A stretch of 64,000 bases of DNA from a virus (Duplodnaviria > Caudoviricetes), in the IMG/VR virus record IMGVR_UViG_3300023172_003539, positions 1 through 64,000 of that record. One strand, given 5' to 3'. The notes below the pieces were generated by a model, which was not told where the DNA came from, did not search any database, and saw only the letters and a list, made by a program, of their open reading frames with translations. Positions 18,927-27,580 of this stretch are shown piece by piece. A program made the position numbers and the translations under genes. Every line of letters starts with the position of its first letter. Position 1 is the stretch's first letter.

Positions 18927-19364
18927 ATGAATTCAGAAATTAGATTAAAAGCCAAACAGGCATTTGCGGATAGTTTCCTATTCTATCTAAAAGCACATTA
19001 TTTCCATTGGAATGTGGAAGGTAGACATTTTTCACAAGACCACGAATTACTTGGTAAAATTTATGAAGAAGTGTATGGAGCATTAGACAAATTCGCAGAA
19101 GAAATAAGAACACTTGATACGTATGCTCCTGGAATATTCAATCGATTTATGAATCTTTCAAACATAGAACAAAAAGGACAGATACCGTCTGCAGAAGAAA
19201 TGTATTCAGAATTGATGCAAGACAATCAAAAAGTTATTTCTAATCTCACTCTTTTATTCGATATGTTGGAAGATTTAAAACTTTATGGGTTTGCAGATTT
19301 TATCGGTGAAAGAATAGACGCACACAATAAACATCAGTGGATGCTTAGAAGCACACTAAAATAA
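18927..19364 (+). CDS. dps: Dps family DNA-protection/ferroxidase protein
   Basis: KAHYFHWNVEG...HELL..IYEE...DKFAEEIR...HNKHQWML; start after TAAATA. Confidence 0.92.
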   Translation: MNSEIRLKAKQAFADSFLFYLKAHYFHWNVEGRHFSQDHELLGKIYEEVYGALDKFAEEIRTLDTYAPGIFNRFMNLSNIEQKGQIPSAEEMYSELMQDNQKVISNLTLLFDMLEDLKLYGFADFIGERIDAHNKHQWMLRSTLK

Positions 19365-19383
19365 TTCAATAAATACTGCTAAT

Positions 19384-19614
19384 ATGAGAATACACGAGAT
19401 ACTAGCCACGAATTATGTACACCCAGATGTTGAGAAACAGTTAAAGAAAATCGAAAAACGTGCAACAGGAAAACCAAGGATGGGTTATCATTCCATGATG
19501 GCATATCCTTTCAGGGTAAAAGAAGCATGGTCTGACAAATATAAAAAATCAATCAATTGCAACAATCCAAAGGGCTTTTCACAAAAAGCTCATTGTGCCG
19601 GAAGAAAAAAATGA
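19384..19614 (+). CDS. Small modular protein (candidate head-internal protein)
   Basis: MRIHEIL N-terminus; C-terminal module E-AWSDKYKKSINCNNPKGFSQKAHCAGRKK. Confidence 0.7.
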   Translation: MRIHEILATNYVHPDVEKQLKKIEKRATGKPRMGYHSMMAYPFRVKEAWSDKYKKSINCNNPKGFSQKAHCAGRKK

Positions 19615-20144
19615 AAATAAAAGAACTTTTTAAAGATTGGATAATCATGCCCCAAAGTATCAAACCATTAGGACTGATACATAAACCCGGCATCGGTCCC
19701 AATAACAGATTTGATTTTAAAAACAAAGGCAACAACAAAGCCAATGAGGAAGCACCTCCGGGCAGAGAGAAGCAGGTCAAAGCACTCAAGGGCAAAGTGG
19801 ACAATCCATACGCAGTCGCTTGGGCTAGTTACAACAAGAGTAAGAAGAACGAAGATGCCGCAGGTGTGGGCATAATTACAAAACAAAATACCACTAAGGA
19901 TGTCAAACCCGGGGACGAATATAAAAATGTCAAGAAGTTGCACATGGAATGGCAAGAGTTTTCTGAAAATTTTGCAGATAAAAAAATTAAAGGCAAGAGC
20001 AGACCGGGTAGAGTTAAAAAAGCAGGTGCCAGTTGTAAAGGTAGTGTGAGTAGTTTGAGAAGCAAAGCCAAGAAGTACGGCGGTGAAAAGGGTAAGATGT
20101 ATCACTGGTGTGCCAACATGAAGTCAGGTCGTAAAAAGAAATAA
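19611..20144 (+). CDS. Basic modular protein (candidate head-internal polyprotein)
   Basis: MKIKELF start; several short modules separated by NE/ME/SE sites. Confidence 0.7.
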   Translation: MKIKELFKDWIIMPQSIKPLGLIHKPGIGPNNRFDFKNKGNNKANEEAPPGREKQVKALKGKVDNPYAVAWASYNKSKKNEDAAGVGIITKQNTTKDVKPGDEYKNVKKLHMEWQEFSENFADKKIKGKSRPGRVKKAGASCKGSVSSLRSKAKKYGGEKGKMYHWCANMKSGRKKK

Positions 20145-20155
20145 TAAGTATCTGT

Positions 20156-20539
20156 ATGGTTAAGCAGATCACAACTAAAAACAAACAATCTTGGGGTTAT
20201 CACTACATGGTCGATTGTTCAGGTTGTAATGACAACATATCAGATAAAAAACAAATTTCAATTTTTGTAAAAGAATTAATTAAAAAAATAAAAATGAAAG
20301 CTCATGGTAAACCCACTATAGAATATCTTTTACCAGGCCATAAGAATGAGGGTTATAGTATGTTGCAGTTGATACACACCTCAAATCTAGCGGCACATTT
20401 TATGAGCAAAAGCAAAACTGCTTATTTCGACGTTTTCAGTTGCAAAAAATTTGATACAAAAATCGTTGATTTAACTGTAAAAAAATATTTTGCTCCAAAA
20501 AAAACCAAATCAAAATTTTTAACTCGACAAGCACCATGA
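20156..20539 (+). CDS. Pyruvoyl-dependent S-adenosylmethionine decarboxylase (SpeD)-like protein
   Basis: WGYHYMVDCSGC...GYS..QLIHTSNLAAHF...YFDVFSCKKFD. Confidence 0.8.
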   Translation: MVKQITTKNKQSWGYHYMVDCSGCNDNISDKKQISIFVKELIKKIKMKAHGKPTIEYLLPGHKNEGYSMLQLIHTSNLAAHFMSKSKTAYFDVFSCKKFDTKIVDLTVKKYFAPKKTKSKFLTRQAP

Positions 20540-21183
20540 AGTACGTTTTAATTTTATCATTCAGAGCACAAATTTACAGGTACGAACCCAGAGTTAGAGT
20601 ATACTTCAGAGACTCTATGATAGATGAATTTCATGTGTCTGAACATAAATTTGATGATCCAAAAAAACCAAAAATACTTTCGTACATCGTTGAAGTACCC
20701 AAAGATCTCCAAGAAACGGAAATAAAATTAAAAATTTTAAATCATGACAACAACTGGACCAACGGATTCATGACCAAAGATACCAATATCTGGTTGGAAG
20801 ATATACATTTTTTTCCTGAACCCCAAATGGATAACCTCTATCAATTCCATTGGTTTGCCAATAAAGGAGATTCCATTCATGAAAGATTTGAAAATATGAG
20901 AGTTAAATTAAGAGGTCATAATAATTCCGATGACAAAAACGGACTGTTTAATTTGATTGAATACGTGTCGTTTCATCGTATAGAAGGATTGCATAAGGGT
21001 GAAGAAGTTAAAGAAATAAGACATCTTAAATTTGGAGGTAGCGGCTATTATTCTGTCAAATTATATAAAAAATATGGAATGTTGATACCTAAAAATATGA
21101 AATATCCTCGAAAATTCTGGATTAGAAGGCCCGCATTCATACAAAAAGTGTATGAAGGTTACAAAAACTTATTCGATATCTAA
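20536..21183 (+). CDS. Hypothetical protein
   Basis: 215-aa ORF, ATGA overlap. Confidence 0.7.
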   Translation: MKYVLILSFRAQIYRYEPRVRVYFRDSMIDEFHVSEHKFDDPKKPKILSYIVEVPKDLQETEIKLKILNHDNNWTNGFMTKDTNIWLEDIHFFPEPQMDNLYQFHWFANKGDSIHERFENMRVKLRGHNNSDDKNGLFNLIEYVSFHRIEGLHKGEEVKEIRHLKFGGSGYYSVKLYKKYGMLIPKNMKYPRKFWIRRPAFIQKVYEGYKNLFDI

Positions 21184-21199
21184 ATAAATACTACTAATC

Positions 21200-21454
21200 A
21201 TGAGAATCAAAGAAGTTTTAATAAAAGAAACAGCGACAGCAGGTGCAACATCATCTGGTAATATTGCTTCTGTTGTATCTCCACATATAGCGATCGGACC
21301 CGATAGATTTAAAAAATCATACACAGGAACACCGGGAGTTTCGGGAACCAAGGCACCTAACCTTCCAAAAATCAAGAAACAAACTCCCAAAGATAATGCA
21401 CTGGACATGACCGGTACATCCTTGTTTGGAGGACCAGGAGTGGTGAGAAGATAA
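21200..21454 (+). CDS. Hypothetical protein (candidate head-internal protein)
   Basis: TAAATA upstream; MRIKEVLIKE-TATAGATSSGNIA. Confidence 0.7.
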   Translation: MRIKEVLIKETATAGATSSGNIASVVSPHIAIGPDRFKKSYTGTPGVSGTKAPNLPKIKKQTPKDNALDMTGTSLFGGPGVVRR

Positions 21455-21618
21455 TGAGTGATATTTTATTGTTAAAAAAAGAATGGATATTGACTTGTCA
21501 AAATTGCGGACATGACTGTCATTGTGGAGGATCTTGTATGCAAGACTTACACGACGGAGATATGAAACCGGTCACTATCGAATGCTGTAAACACTGTAGG
21601 CACAAAGATGAAAATTAA
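21454..21618 (+). CDS. Cys/His-rich metallothionein-like peptide (54 aa), not in ORF track
   Basis: CQNCGHDCHCGGSC...CCKHCRH, 8 Cys and 5 His; TAATG coupling. Confidence 0.65.
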   Translation: MSDILLLKKEWILTCQNCGHDCHCGGSCMQDLHDGDMKPVTIECCKHCRHKDEN

Positions 21619-22039
21619 TGAAGTCATAAACGAAGGCGCTTCCATGATGCCTTACTACAAAGATCCAAAAGACAAAGAACAGAGAATTTGGACTTTTCCA
21701 GATAAATGGCAGAATGATGAGGAGTTAGACACTCCTTATATGAGCAATGCCAGTATGAGAATTTTTTTGAACACGTTGGGATATGATCCAGATTTTGAAG
21801 ACATGCCTCCTGTTCCAGCAAAAGAATTTATTGCCAGAACAACACAATGGCTTCAAAAGAATATTGGCAAACCATCACCAGAAGAGCCAACAACAGTTGA
21901 CCAAAATCCAGGAGGTCCTACAATGTACAGTGGCGGTAGGCCGGAAGGATACATGAATCAACAAGTGAAGTACCATAACGAGTTGGCAAGAAAAATAATT
22001 CAAAAATATCCAGAGGTGACACACTTTGGATTTAACTAA
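21608..22039 (+). CDS. Hypothetical protein (candidate head-internal protein)
   Basis: MKINEVINE N-terminus. Confidence 0.7.
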   Translation: MKINEVINEGASMMPYYKDPKDKEQRIWTFPDKWQNDEELDTPYMSNASMRIFLNTLGYDPDFEDMPPVPAKEFIARTTQWLQKNIGKPSPEEPTTVDQNPGGPTMYSGGRPEGYMNQQVKYHNELARKIIQKYPEVTHFGFN

Positions 22040-22050
22040 TAAATATTGAT

Positions 22051-23391
22051 ATGAAAATAAACGAATTGAACACTCCTGTACTGCCTGACACATACGAAGC
22101 AAGTATGTTCTTGAACCAAACTATCAGGGCAGGAAAGTATGCCATAAAAATTCATAACATGATCGACAACGACCAGGAGATGGAAAGTTGGGTGGCAAAA
22201 AAATTAGATCTAGCCAGTTCATACATATCATCCGTAGGACACTATCTAGAAGGTCAGGAAATGTCCGAAGATGCCGGCGAAGGACACATGGCCAAGAGCC
22301 AAATGTACAAGATTGCAAAATATTGTTTAAAAATTTCAACTTTAGTTAAACCGGGTGATGACATAGAGGCATGGGTACAAACCAAAATGAATCGTGCTGT
22401 GGATATGTTGGATGCTGTTTACCACTATGAGGATTACCAAAGGTTGAATCCTTACAGAGAGCAATTGGAACAAAATGTATTACAAAAGCATTCACAAGTG
22501 ATTCAAAAAAACATCGATGAAATCTTATCAAAAGAAACTCCAGCCGATGATATAGAGACCAAACCTGGTATGTTAAACATCTTAAAGAAAAGAGTACAAG
22601 AAGTTGAAAAGAAAATGTGTCGAGAAAAAACAGAAGCAATCAGCAAAGAAGGAATACAACAAGGTTTTGCTGTGAGATATGAACGTGATGGAAAAAGATT
22701 AGCACAGGCATACAAAAACAAAGATGATGCTAAAAAGAGGGCATCGGAATTAAAAAATACAACCGGTGTGAAAGATATCTCAATCACACAACATACATTT
22801 GCTTTCAAAGAAAACGATATGCTAGATGAAGGCATCAAAGATTGGATGAAAAAATTAGCGGCCGCTGGAATAATTGTTGGTGCTGTTGCGGGCATGGGTT
22901 CAATCAATAATGCGATTGATAACAGTGTACCTGCGATCCAGGCCATGAACACAGCATACGAAATGGCCGTCGATGCTGGAAATGACGATTTGGCAAAAAT
23001 GATCAAAACAGATATATCAGATGCCAAAGTTAGATTGAGCTCGGGCAAGGACTTGAATCACATAAAATACCTACAAGACAAGTATTCAAAATTCATGAGT
23101 ACAGAATCGGTAAATGAATATTCCATGGCAAAAAATAAAATTGATTTGATAAAACAAAAACAAGACAAAGAAGCATATCAAGATAAAGTACAAACGTTAC
23201 AACAAATACAAAATGATCCAAATACAAATAAAGACGAATTATTAAAAAAGATGTTGGTGAAAAGAAAAGAGAAATTAGCAACCACAGGTGAATCAAAAAC
23301 AGTGCTTTATACCAATAGATTAGTGGATATGATGGGTAAAAAACTAGGAGAAACCTGGACATTTGCTTTCAAAAACAGTCTAAAATCATAA
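22051..23391 (+). CDS. Multi-module protein with tandemly duplicated helical domain
   Basis: MKINELN start; two copies of E..M...Q.....KY..KI......E.WV..K...A......V.HY. Confidence 0.75.
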   Translation: MKINELNTPVLPDTYEASMFLNQTIRAGKYAIKIHNMIDNDQEMESWVAKKLDLASSYISSVGHYLEGQEMSEDAGEGHMAKSQMYKIAKYCLKISTLVKPGDDIEAWVQTKMNRAVDMLDAVYHYEDYQRLNPYREQLEQNVLQKHSQVIQKNIDEILSKETPADDIETKPGMLNILKKRVQEVEKKMCREKTEAISKEGIQQGFAVRYERDGKRLAQAYKNKDDAKKRASELKNTTGVKDISITQHTFAFKENDMLDEGIKDWMKKLAAAGIIVGAVAGMGSINNAIDNSVPAIQAMNTAYEMAVDAGNDDLAKMIKTDISDAKVRLSSGKDLNHIKYLQDKYSKFMSTESVNEYSMAKNKIDLIKQKQDKEAYQDKVQTLQQIQNDPNTNKDELLKKMLVKRKEKLATTGESKTVLYTNRLVDMMGKKLGETWTFAFKNSLKS

Positions 23392-23421
23392 AACAATAAT
23401 ATAAATAATAGCATAACTCAA

Positions 23422-23429
23422 TATAAATA
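23422..23429 (+). promoter_or_regulatory. T4 consensus late promoter TATAAATA
   Basis: Exact T4 late -10 consensus 6 nt before ATG 23436. Confidence 0.7.
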
Positions 23430-23435
23430 GTTCAT

Positions 23436-24464
23436 ATGGCAAAAAAACATCACAGTGATTGGTTAGATATAGTTGAAAGACTTAAGGAATTGAGCAACAT
23501 ATCTCCTGAACAAGAACGACAACAACTGTTGGAAGCGGCAAAGCAAGAACCAAGAATATTAGATGACAAAGATGTGAGTTTGGCCGACATTGCTAAATTG
23601 GCCGGGATCAAGGAATACACAGAACCAAAAGTTTCCAAAGAAGCAGAAAAATTAATAGAGTCGATTGTTAACGATCAACCGACTAAAGAATCTATAATAA
23701 CAAAAGCAATAAAAGAATCAGACACCGATACTTCTATTTCAACCAAGATTAAAAAAGAAGTTACAGAAGATTCAAAGAGACTTGACAAGATTGCTGAGTT
23801 GGAGGCACAACTGGCAGAACTAAAAGCAGAACAAAAAAATGAGCAAACTCATGATGCTGAATCTTTCAAAAAAATTATTTCTGCAGAAATTGAAGAATAT
23901 ATTAAAAATGCCGACGAAAATCAATTGTCAGAACTATACAACAGCATTTCCGACAATGAAGCAGTTTACAACGAAGAACAAAAAACTATTCTAATCAAGA
24001 CTGCTGAAACTAAAGAAATTATAGCAGACGCTGAGAAAAACGAAGAAAAAGTTGTACAAGAAATCGATAACGATAAAGAGATAGAAGAGATGGAAGCAGA
24101 ACCGGCAAAATGCACACACTGTGACGGAACAGGTAAACACGGAGAAGATGACTGTGAAGTGTGTGGTGGTTCAGGAATAATAAGAGAAGCAGGTTACGAA
24201 GGACAAAGTGACCCACACGCACACGAAATTACTTTAGCAGGTGATTACAATCAAGAAAATGCTGTAAGTGACGAAGACGCTATGAGAATTCAATCAATGT
24301 TAAAAAAAGCAGGTATTGATGCTGAAGTACATCCAAGCGAACAAGCACATAATAAAATTCATGTTCATACCATGGCAAGTAAAGACGCTGTATTAGACGT
24401 GTTAGGTGATGGCATTGACGAGCAGGTGAGTTACAAAGACGAGTTGTCCGAAAACAAAAAATAA
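23436..24464 (+). CDS. Acidic coiled-coil protein (prohead core/scaffold-like) with CxxCxGxG zinc finger
   Basis: Glu-rich with many [IL]xE sites; LAGI motif; CTHCDGTG...CEVCGGSG. Confidence 0.65.
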   Translation: MAKKHHSDWLDIVERLKELSNISPEQERQQLLEAAKQEPRILDDKDVSLADIAKLAGIKEYTEPKVSKEAEKLIESIVNDQPTKESIITKAIKESDTDTSISTKIKKEVTEDSKRLDKIAELEAQLAELKAEQKNEQTHDAESFKKIISAEIEEYIKNADENQLSELYNSISDNEAVYNEEQKTILIKTAETKEIIADAEKNEEKVVQEIDNDKEIEEMEAEPAKCTHCDGTGKHGEDDCEVCGGSGIIREAGYEGQSDPHAHEITLAGDYNQENAVSDEDAMRIQSMLKKAGIDAEVHPSEQAHNKIHVHTMASKDAVLDVLGDGIDEQVSYKDELSENKK

Positions 24465-24494
24465 AACTTTCTTCTTTTTTCATCAAATATTAGA

Positions 24495-24653
24495 ATGAAA
24501 AAAAGAAACAAAAAAACACACAATAAAAATTATAAAGAACAAACCACATTCGATCCTAAAATACATATAAGAACGGGTAGCGGATACCACATGAAGCACA
24601 ATGCTCCTGCTGGTAACATGAGTGGTTCTCAGTTGAAGCATATACTGAAATAG
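24495..24653 (+). CDS. Small basic hypothetical protein (52 aa), not in ORF track
   Basis: MKKRNKKTHNKNYKEQTTFDPKIHIRTGSGYHMKH...; fills the gap co-directionally. Confidence 0.45.
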   Translation: MKKRNKKTHNKNYKEQTTFDPKIHIRTGSGYHMKHNAPAGNMSGSQLKHILK

Positions 24654-24667
24654 ATAAATATCAGTAT

Positions 24668-25462
24668 ATGAGTAATATACCAATATTTTCTTACAAACAA
24701 TACCTAGACGACATGAGTCGTATGACTCAGACAGGCACCATTGATGCTGGGCAACAAGCAGAAGCACCTGTGTCCGCAGGCTCTAGAGGATTAAAAAAAA
24801 CAAAAGAATTTATAAAAGATCCAACACAAATGAAGATGGGAGAATCGATCACTATGGAAGACATGAAAAATTTAATAAACAGAATAGATGGGTTGAACGT
24901 GCCAACAAACGAGATCAACGAACTGGCGGATGACGACAAGATTGAATTCACAAAGGTGATGCTGGACATATCACAGATCAAGGACAGGGTCGAAGCACTG
25001 TCAGTGGACGAGGAAGCCAAGAAATCTGCCATACAGTCACTGACCAACGCAGAGGAGGCCCTAGTGGCCCTGGACGAAAGTGAATACGATCCATTCCCAG
25101 AAGAGGACGAGATGACGTTCGAGGACGATGATGCGTTCTTTGAAGCATTCGGTTACCTAGGCTTTCCAGAAGACGAAACGGAACTGTTCGACGCAGAATA
25201 CAGAGGCAGAAAAGTACCACTGAACAAACCCATGCGTGGTGATATTAAAAAATTCAAAGTTTATGTGAAAGATCCCAAATCTGGAAACGTGAAGAAAGTT
25301 AATTTCGGACATGGTGGAAGTTCAGCGAGGAAAGCCGGACAGAAAACCATGAAGATTAGAAAGTCTAATCCAAAGGCGAGAAAAAGTTTTAGGGCGAGAC
25401 ACAACTGTGCTAACCCAGGACCGAAAACCAAAGCAAGATATTGGTCATGTAGGAAGTGGTAA
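24668..25462 (+). CDS. Modular protein with acidic N-region and basic C-terminal domain (DUF6321-like)
   Basis: AEYRGRKVPLNKP...KKFKVYVKD...VNFG...RKSFRARHNC...ARYWSCRKW; TAAATA 7 nt upstream. Confidence 0.75.
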   Translation: MSNIPIFSYKQYLDDMSRMTQTGTIDAGQQAEAPVSAGSRGLKKTKEFIKDPTQMKMGESITMEDMKNLINRIDGLNVPTNEINELADDDKIEFTKVMLDISQIKDRVEALSVDEEAKKSAIQSLTNAEEALVALDESEYDPFPEEDEMTFEDDDAFFEAFGYLGFPEDETELFDAEYRGRKVPLNKPMRGDIKKFKVYVKDPKSGNVKKVNFGHGGSSARKAGQKTMKIRKSNPKARKSFRARHNCANPGPKTKARYWSCRKW

Positions 25463-25463
25463 T

Positions 25464-25616
25464 ATGAGAATATACGAAGTTACAGAAAAACACCTACCAG
25501 AAGAGAAACAAAAAGGCGTTGACGGCAAGGCTTGTTGGAAAGGCTACAAGAGAATGGGCACAAAGAAAAAAGGTGGCAAGACTGTAGACAACTGCGTTCC
25601 AATTAAGAAAAAATAA
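25464..25616 (+). CDS. Small basic protein with CWKGY...NCV motif
   Basis: MRIYEVTE start; CWKGYKRMGTKKKGGKTVDNCVP. Confidence 0.7.
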   Translation: MRIYEVTEKHLPEEKQKGVDGKACWKGYKRMGTKKKGGKTVDNCVPIKKK

Positions 25617-26218
25617 TGAAATTTATTATTATAAACGGAACACTTAAACCAAGTACAGAATCAAACACTTCAGTTGTTTGTGAAATGGTCAAAGTAGGTT
25701 TTGAAAAGTTAGGCCACGAGTGTGAAATCGTTAACATGGCAGAGTTAAACTATAAAAATACCACAGAAGATCACGACGACGACTTACGTCCGATAATCCA
25801 CAAAATGATACAACCTGAAATGAGTGGAATTATTATTGCCACACCTATTTGGTGGGGTATGTTCAGTAGTCATACACAGGCATTGATAGAAAGATTAGAC
25901 TATATTGATACGTGGAGTTTGGATAACAACCATTACAAACCCATGATGGGCAAAGTGTTTGGCAGTATTGTTTCGGGAGGAGTTGATGGTTGGCAACATA
26001 TCACAGGTACCTTATACAGTTTTGCATCAAACTTATCTTTGACTACACCACCTTTGTGTAATATAGAATCAGAAGCACAGGGTAGAAATAACATACTGAA
26101 GGATTCCGAAACTATCGGTATGGTCAAAAGTTTGGTCAACAACATGATAGTCTGGGCAGAAGCCATGCAAAAAGGCGAAACTGCCAAAAAAGGTCGTCAC
26201 AAAGGAAACGTAGAGTAA
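25616..26218 (+). CDS. Flavodoxin-like NAD(P)H-dependent FMN reductase
   Basis: IINGTLK...SNT, IATPIWWG, LIERLD, GKVFG. Confidence 0.85.
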   Translation: MKFIIINGTLKPSTESNTSVVCEMVKVGFEKLGHECEIVNMAELNYKNTTEDHDDDLRPIIHKMIQPEMSGIIIATPIWWGMFSSHTQALIERLDYIDTWSLDNNHYKPMMGKVFGSIVSGGVDGWQHITGTLYSFASNLSLTTPPLCNIESEAQGRNNILKDSETIGMVKSLVNNMIVWAEAMQKGETAKKGRHKGNVE

Positions 26219-26286
26219 TGTATAAATTAATTTTCTGGATGTTAATTATATCAACAGCGGTATATTGTGGTATCTACATTTGGTAA
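26218..26286 (+). CDS. Possible 22-aa single-TM micropeptide
   Basis: MYKLIFWMLIISTAVYCGIYIW; TAATG coupling. Confidence 0.35.
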   Translation: MYKLIFWMLIISTAVYCGIYIW

Positions 26287-26294
26287 TATGAAAT

Positions 26295-26963
26295 ATGCAA
26301 ACTCTAAAACTCATAGAAAATAGATCTCCGTACTTTATCAAATTCGAGATACCTAATTTAGAAGACATTAAGAAACGTGTAGTGCAAAGTCTTGCAATAA
26401 AAACAGCGACTATGAAAAAAGACGACGGTAACTTGTCTAAAACATACAATCACGTTAATCTAGATCCTATAGACGGACAGAAAATAATAGATATGTTTCC
26501 ATTATCTAAACTGTATAACTTTGATGCCAACAGAGTGGCGCTGTTCATAACTCCTGCTTACGGAGGAGGAGGAGTACACAAAGATGGTCCCGTCCTAGAA
26601 AAAGGCAGAGCGGGTCCACATAATATAAGTTTCAACATACCTATCAAGATATCTGATGATAAATGTGTTACAAAATGGTACGATGATCAAACCTTTGAAA
26701 AAGAAAAAATACAGCACAGTAGATATTCTCGTAATGTATTTTTAGATTTTACCAATACTGATAAATTTGAGGCAAAGGCACAAACCATAATGGATCCCAA
26801 TAATGTTCTTTTCATGACCACTGAACAATGGCATAGTTTTTATAACAATAGTAGACACACAAGGATAGTTTTAACACTTAGATTGGCTAGACAAGAAAGA
26901 AAGAATCATTCTTTTGTTTCGATGGCGAATAACTTAATAGATAACAACTACCTGGTAAATTAA
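26295..26963 (+). CDS. Putative 2OG-Fe(II)/cupin-fold oxygenase
   Basis: HKD...SFNIPI...WHS..N...RIVLTLR (HxD...H...R pattern). Confidence 0.6.
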   Translation: MQTLKLIENRSPYFIKFEIPNLEDIKKRVVQSLAIKTATMKKDDGNLSKTYNHVNLDPIDGQKIIDMFPLSKLYNFDANRVALFITPAYGGGGVHKDGPVLEKGRAGPHNISFNIPIKISDDKCVTKWYDDQTFEKEKIQHSRYSRNVFLDFTNTDKFEAKAQTIMDPNNVLFMTTEQWHSFYNNSRHTRIVLTLRLARQERKNHSFVSMANNLIDNNYLVN

Positions 26964-27035
26964 TACAACCGATTATAATCAGTTGATCTATTTAAAAATC
27001 TAATGTATAATAAACGATTAACAAAGGAGACATAT

Positions 27036-27293
27036 ATGTCAGGTAAAAATTTTAATGACGCAGAAAAACAAAAAATAATACAAATCATAAGAGAAGGTTC
27101 TCAGGTGCTGGGAGAGATTGATGATCTCAAAGGCGGATTGAGAGACACAGTCAAGGCCATAGCAGAAGAATTAGAAATCAAACCAGGATTAATCAATAAG
27201 GCAATTACCATTGCACACAAAGATTCTTACAAAACTGTGACAGATGATATGGACATGGTTGATTCTATATTAGCGGCCGCTGGAAAAATCTAG
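27036..27293 (+). CDS. T4 DsbA-like double-stranded DNA-binding protein
   Basis: AGGAG SD before MSGKNF; helical EIDDLKGGLRDTVKAIAEELEIKPGLINKAI. Confidence 0.6.
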   Translation: MSGKNFNDAEKQKIIQIIREGSQVLGEIDDLKGGLRDTVKAIAEELEIKPGLINKAITIAHKDSYKTVTDDMDMVDSILAAAGKI

Positions 27294-27577
27294 TGTATGG
27301 TGATATCAAAAAATTCTGGATAAAAAGTTATCAATCAGATAATGTAGCCTTTTACTTTGAATTAATAAGTTTTATTTTCACTGTTGGAGCAAGTTTAACT
27401 TTGGCAATAACAGCCGATAATCCTGATCTGACCGTCATATATCCTGCATTTTTTGTTGGTGCCACAACTCAATGTTATGCCGCTTACAGAAGAGGAGCCG
27501 CATTCGTAATGGTGCTCACAGGATATTTTTCGATCATAAACATATATGGGTTTGGTGTTGCAAGTTATTGGTGGTAA
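27293..27577 (+). CDS. Small three-TM membrane protein
   Basis: Three hydrophobic segments. Confidence 0.65.
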   Translation: MYGDIKKFWIKSYQSDNVAFYFELISFIFTVGASLTLAITADNPDLTVIYPAFFVGATTQCYAAYRRGAAFVMVLTGYFSIINIYGFGVASYWW

Positions 27578-27580
27578 AAA

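Noticed and set aside
21160-21183. C-terminal YKNLFDI resembling the clamp-binding tail
   Set aside because: Only a partial match, in a late-gene block with no replication context
22503-23048. 181-aa minus-strand hydrophobic ORF
   Set aside because: Antisense shadow of the 446-aa gene; hydrophobicity follows from A-rich sense codons
24483-24767. 94-aa minus-strand ORF
   Set aside because: It opposes the local gene direction and overlaps 24668; the plus-strand 52-aa ORF explains the gap better
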